From Planctomycetota bacterium (GTDB lineage Bacteria > Planctomycetota > PLA2 > JAEUHO01), in assembly GCA_965222115.1 (NCBI GenBank), contig CBDCTJ010000004.1, positions 1 through 28,666 on the forward strand: a stretch of DNA of 28,666 nucleotides. Direction: 5' to 3'. The notes beneath the pieces were generated by a model that worked only from the letters and a program-made list of their open reading frames with translations, had not been told where the DNA came from and did not search any database. The stretch's first letter is position 1. Each line of letters begins with the position of its first letter. Below, one piece after another: positions 25,432 to 28,666 of the stretch. A program made the position numbers and the translations under genes.

Positions 25432-28177
25432 CGGATTCATCATCAAACACACGTGAAGTGTCCTCAAGCCGATCATCAACTGTCGCGTAGTCGCTCGGTT
25501 CCATCCACGGCTCCGTGGGGACGATCGTTTTCGCCGAACGCTCGGGCCAAGGAGCGGCTTGGCGAGCCTCGTACTTGGAACGGGGGATATGGAATGATCC
25601 TTCGATAGGCATGGAAAATCCTCCATGCTGGGTATAGCCGGAGCCGCGAACAACCTGAATGATGCTATGGAGGGGATGATCGCTTGCGAGGATGATGTCG
25701 TTTCGCTGGAGTCTCGGAAGAACATTCCTGGGACGAACCCAGAATTCACCAACATCACGGGGCGAGGTGAAGTAGAGCGCTTCGCCGGATGCTTTCATCA
25801 TGCGATCTTGCTGATCAAGATCGGTGGCTGAGAAGCTCTGCTTGAAGCGTGTATTGGTCTGAACCGTCGCTCTAAGGTCTGTGTCGTTGGTCTTTAGGTC
25901 CTCCATGGTTTGGTTGGCAAGAATGATGCCGACGCCCATGCTTCGCGCTTGCTCAAGAATGATTTTGAAGTTGTCAGAAGCCATACGCTGAAACTCATCG
26001 ATGACTAGATAGGTTTGGCGGCCGTCTCCCCCACTGTCACGGGAATGGGAAAATGCTGCTGAAAGAAGTGAATAAAGAGCAAGTTTTGAGATCTCGCGCA
26101 CCGTGGCGGATTCGACAGCGGCGGGGAGCCAAAAGTAGACGACCTGGCCTTCCTCAATGACGGTTGGAAAGTGTATCGAGAAGTCCAGAAGTTCCTGGTT
26201 GTCCGTATCGGGACGTAGGTTTAGCTGTTCAAGCGTCGCCAAGGACTCAACGACGGCAATGAGTTCGAATGCGTCTTGTTTCTCCTTCGCATTCAAATGC
26301 TCTGCCTTCTTAGACAGCTCGTAGAGCTGGCGAAAGCTCCTGATGTTTCCCTGCTCGCGGCGAAGCGTGGCGGACAGCCAACGCCTGGCTACACGCGAAT
26401 AGTAGGAGCGCCCGTATCCCTCGCCGTGATTGAGATTGAGGGCTTCAAGTAACGTTTCGCATATCTGGTTGACGCTAATCCGGCCATCTTGGTACTGGGT
26501 AAAGGGGTTGAATACACACGTTGAGCGGCCAAGCTCGTTTGAAAACCAACGAAATTCTCGATTTGCTTCGCTGGCCTCATGACGCACAGACTGAAATAGC
26601 GCCTGATCGCCTTTTAGATCGAGAACCACCACGGCCGCGTCGGTGTTTCGAACAAGTTGCGTGACAAGTGGTGTGATTCCGAGCGCTGTTTTCCCGCTCC
26701 CTGAGTCCCCTACGAGATAGGCGTGCTCGTTCAGAATGTCCTTATGCAACAAAATGGGACAGTCGGCTTCGGCGTGGGCTCCCAGCCATAGGTGGTCCCG
26801 CTCAAGTTCATTGGACGACTCCTGAAGCCGCGCTACCCGCCAAGCCCATGGGGTTTGGGCGCTGCGCTCCAAATCACCTTCTGGCTCACCGGCCTCAATC
26901 TCCGCATGCAGCGCCGCCAGGTAGGGCCCGGCGGTGAACAACAACGTGCTGAAAACAGTCAGAAACGGAAGGACGATGCACAGAAGAAGAGAACTAATAA
27001 CTGCCCAGAAATGAAGCTCGCTTGGTGCGCGTAGCGCCAGATAAATCCAATTCTCTGGCTTTGCTTGGACGTAGGCCGATGTGGGGATCTCCCTCCAAGC
27101 GCTTTGTATCTCACCACGATCCGATGAACGTCTATAGCGCGTATTGTCGCCCTTAGGAAGCGGATGACCCAACTCCTCGGCAAACGCTCTCCTCCGTTCC
27201 TCAGGGACGAACGCCTTCACACTTTGAAACGACTTGTCCCACGAATCCGAGGGACTCAGCATATAGACAAGCGGTACGTAGGACAGTGCAGGCAGAAGCG
27301 TAGCTGCTAGAAATGTGATTGTGGCGAGATGAAGGTATCCGCGCCGTTCGACGTCGCCGGCGGGACTTAAGAACAAGCCCGGCGCATCGAGTGTGTAGCG
27401 TCCGTAGCTAAACCAACTCTTAAGCGCACGTATTGTAGCGCCAAGTGGCGTAACTCCATTTGCGTGGCTGGATCGACTCATTGCGACGATGTAGGCAATA
27501 AGTGGTGGAGCAATAAGAGCAAATAGAACACCGATGCCTTCAAGCGGAATCAGCGCAACGCCCACATAGATAAGCGGGAACAGGGTATAAGCGCCATAGT
27601 CTCTAAGTAGCAGCGCGGCCTTTGAAACGGTCGTGTCCGGTGCGTGTTTTCGTCGATTGCGCCAGGGGCGCATATAAGCCTTACGTTCTTCCCGGGTGAG
27701 CCTCGGATTGGCAAACATCCAGTAGGCGAAATGGTTCGCAATCTCATCAACCACCGCGATGAGTAGCGCAATAGCGCCACCTAAGACGATAAACCGCAAG
27801 ACTACATAGTTGGTCGCGTAGTGGCAGAGGGCAATCATGAGAAGCGCCACAGGCCCTACGAGGAGCTGTAGTGCCGCACGTCGCCCGTTCTTGTGCCGAA
27901 GGTAGTCTTTGATGGCAAACGGTGCCGCGATCGCGAAACTTACGATGAAGCCTGTAGCGGAGAGTACAGTCCAACCAAGGAAACGAACGAGGATCATGAC
28001 GACCAAACCAATGGCGGCATGAATGAGAAGCGACATGACCGTTTCCGCCAAGGGCCTGGAGGCCGGAGGATTGCTCCGGTAATCAAGCTCCAAGCTCGGC
28101 CAGTTCTCGGGTAGCAGCTCGTAGCGGACCGGAGGCACATCCATAGCCGGGATGCGCATGCGCGCTTCTTCTCGCAT
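25412..28177 (-). CDS. Type IV coupling protein (VirD4/TraD-like) with multi-TM N-terminus
   Basis: Walker A GDSGSGKT, VLDLKGD, FNPF, Walker B YLVIDEFQ, EQARSMG, LANQT; many N-terminal TM helices. Confidence 0.9.
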   Translation of the reverse strand: MREEARMRIPAMDVPPVRYELLPENWPSLELDYRSNPPASRPLAETVMSLLIHAAIGLVVMILVRFLGWTVLSATGFIVSFAIAAPFAIKDYLRHKNGRRAALQLLVGPVALLMIALCHYATNYVVLRFIVLGGAIALLIAVVDEIANHFAYWMFANPRLTREERKAYMRPWRNRRKHAPDTTVSKAALLLRDYGAYTLFPLIYVGVALIPLEGIGVLFALIAPPLIAYIVAMSRSSHANGVTPLGATIRALKSWFSYGRYTLDAPGLFLSPAGDVERRGYLHLATITFLAATLLPALSYVPLVYMLSPSDSWDKSFQSVKAFVPEERRRAFAEELGHPLPKGDNTRYRRSSDRGEIQSAWREIPTSAYVQAKPENWIYLALRAPSELHFWAVISSLLLCIVLPFLTVFSTLLFTAGPYLAALHAEIEAGEPEGDLERSAQTPWAWRVARLQESSNELERDHLWLGAHAEADCPILLHKDILNEHAYLVGDSGSGKTALGITPLVTQLVRNTDAAVVVLDLKGDQALFQSVRHEASEANREFRWFSNELGRSTCVFNPFTQYQDGRISVNQICETLLEALNLNHGEGYGRSYYSRVARRWLSATLRREQGNIRSFRQLYELSKKAEHLNAKEKQDAFELIAVVESLATLEQLNLRPDTDNQELLDFSIHFPTVIEEGQVVYFWLPAAVESATVREISKLALYSLLSAAFSHSRDSGGDGRQTYLVIDEFQRMASDNFKIILEQARSMGVGIILANQTMEDLKTNDTDLRATVQTNTRFKQSFSATDLDQQDRMMKASGEALYFTSPRDVGEFWVRPRNVLPRLQRNDIILASDHPLHSIIQVVRGSGYTQHGGFSMPIEGSFHIPRSKYEARQAAPWPERSAKTIVPTEPWMEPSDYATVDDRLEDTSRVFDDESDDIIIE

Positions 28178-28666
28178 TAGATGACCTCCTCAAGCTCCCG
28201 CACAATCGCAAGCGCAACCGGTGGACCAAGGGACTCTCTGCTAAACGCTCTACGAAGTGCGTCCCTTTTGCTCTCGCGGTATGTCAGAACGGCGAGCATG
28301 ACCTGGTCTTCGCGCAGGAGTGAAGCAAAGGCCGGGAGTTCAAGCGTCTTACGCAGGAACTTTCTCACTTTCCTGACAAATCCCGCGGCGTCGCCACCAA
28401 GATCGACAAAGAGACGCCCAAGGCGCTCCGTTCCGCCCCTTGAATCAACGTAGAAGTCCGCGTGCCTAGTTCTCGTGAGGAACGTGTCGGCAAGGCCTGG
28501 ATAGCGCCTAGCAAGCTCGGCGTTCGTAAGCCGTGGGCGTTCCTTGCCCTTTGCCATGCAGCAGTAGTGAAGGACCGCGAATGCGCGTGCGAGCGCATCG
28601 GGGCCAAGGGGCTTTGCGCGCTCTTCGGGATCACCTGCTTGGCGAAGCGATGAAGGCGTGAGCTGG
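28177..28666 (-). CDS. C-terminal part of the Replic_Relax-like protein begun at 188..1
   Basis: Frame is open from 28665 (QLTPSSLRQAGDPEERAKPLGPDALARAFAVLHYCCMAKGKERP...) to the stop at 28177. Confidence 0.8.
   Translation of the reverse strand, partial: QLTPSSLRQAGDPEERAKPLGPDALARAFAVLHYCCMAKGKERPRLTNAELARRYPGLADTFLTRTRHADFYVDSRGGTERLGRLFVDLGGDAAGFVRKVRKFLRKTLELPAFASLLREDQVMLAVLTYRESKRDALRRAFSRESLGPPVALAIVRELEEVI

Overview
This window appears to be a complete ~28.7-kb circular mobilisable plasmid. The two ends join in frame into one relaxase-like gene, and a Planctomycetota-like host is inferred only from the look of the protein families. The backbone comprises a putative replication initiator with internal iteron-like repeats and a likely antisense copy-control RNA, ParA plus a small partner with phased 8-bp centromere-like arrays, a ParDE toxin-antitoxin pair, and a tyrosine resolvase with a dif-like site. 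Its mobilisation operon has three Replic_Relax/MOB_C-like paralogues and a VirD4-like coupling protein, preceded by a hairpin-rich oriT/ssDNA-origin-like region. Cargo includes a secreted Cys-rich protein operon with a MauE/DoxX protein, a seven-gene biosynthetic-looking operon headed by a small Trp-terminated peptide, a cytidine deaminase plus membrane protein, and several hypotheticals. The most striking element is a ~1.3-kb non-coding stretch (~10610-11945) that folds on the + strand into a large nested multi-domain RNA with long-range helices, G-U pairs and many GNRA tetraloops. It matches no RNA class I can recognise and sits directly in front of a gene for a basic protein of unknown function, making it a candidate novel large ncRNA/ribonucleoprotein system.
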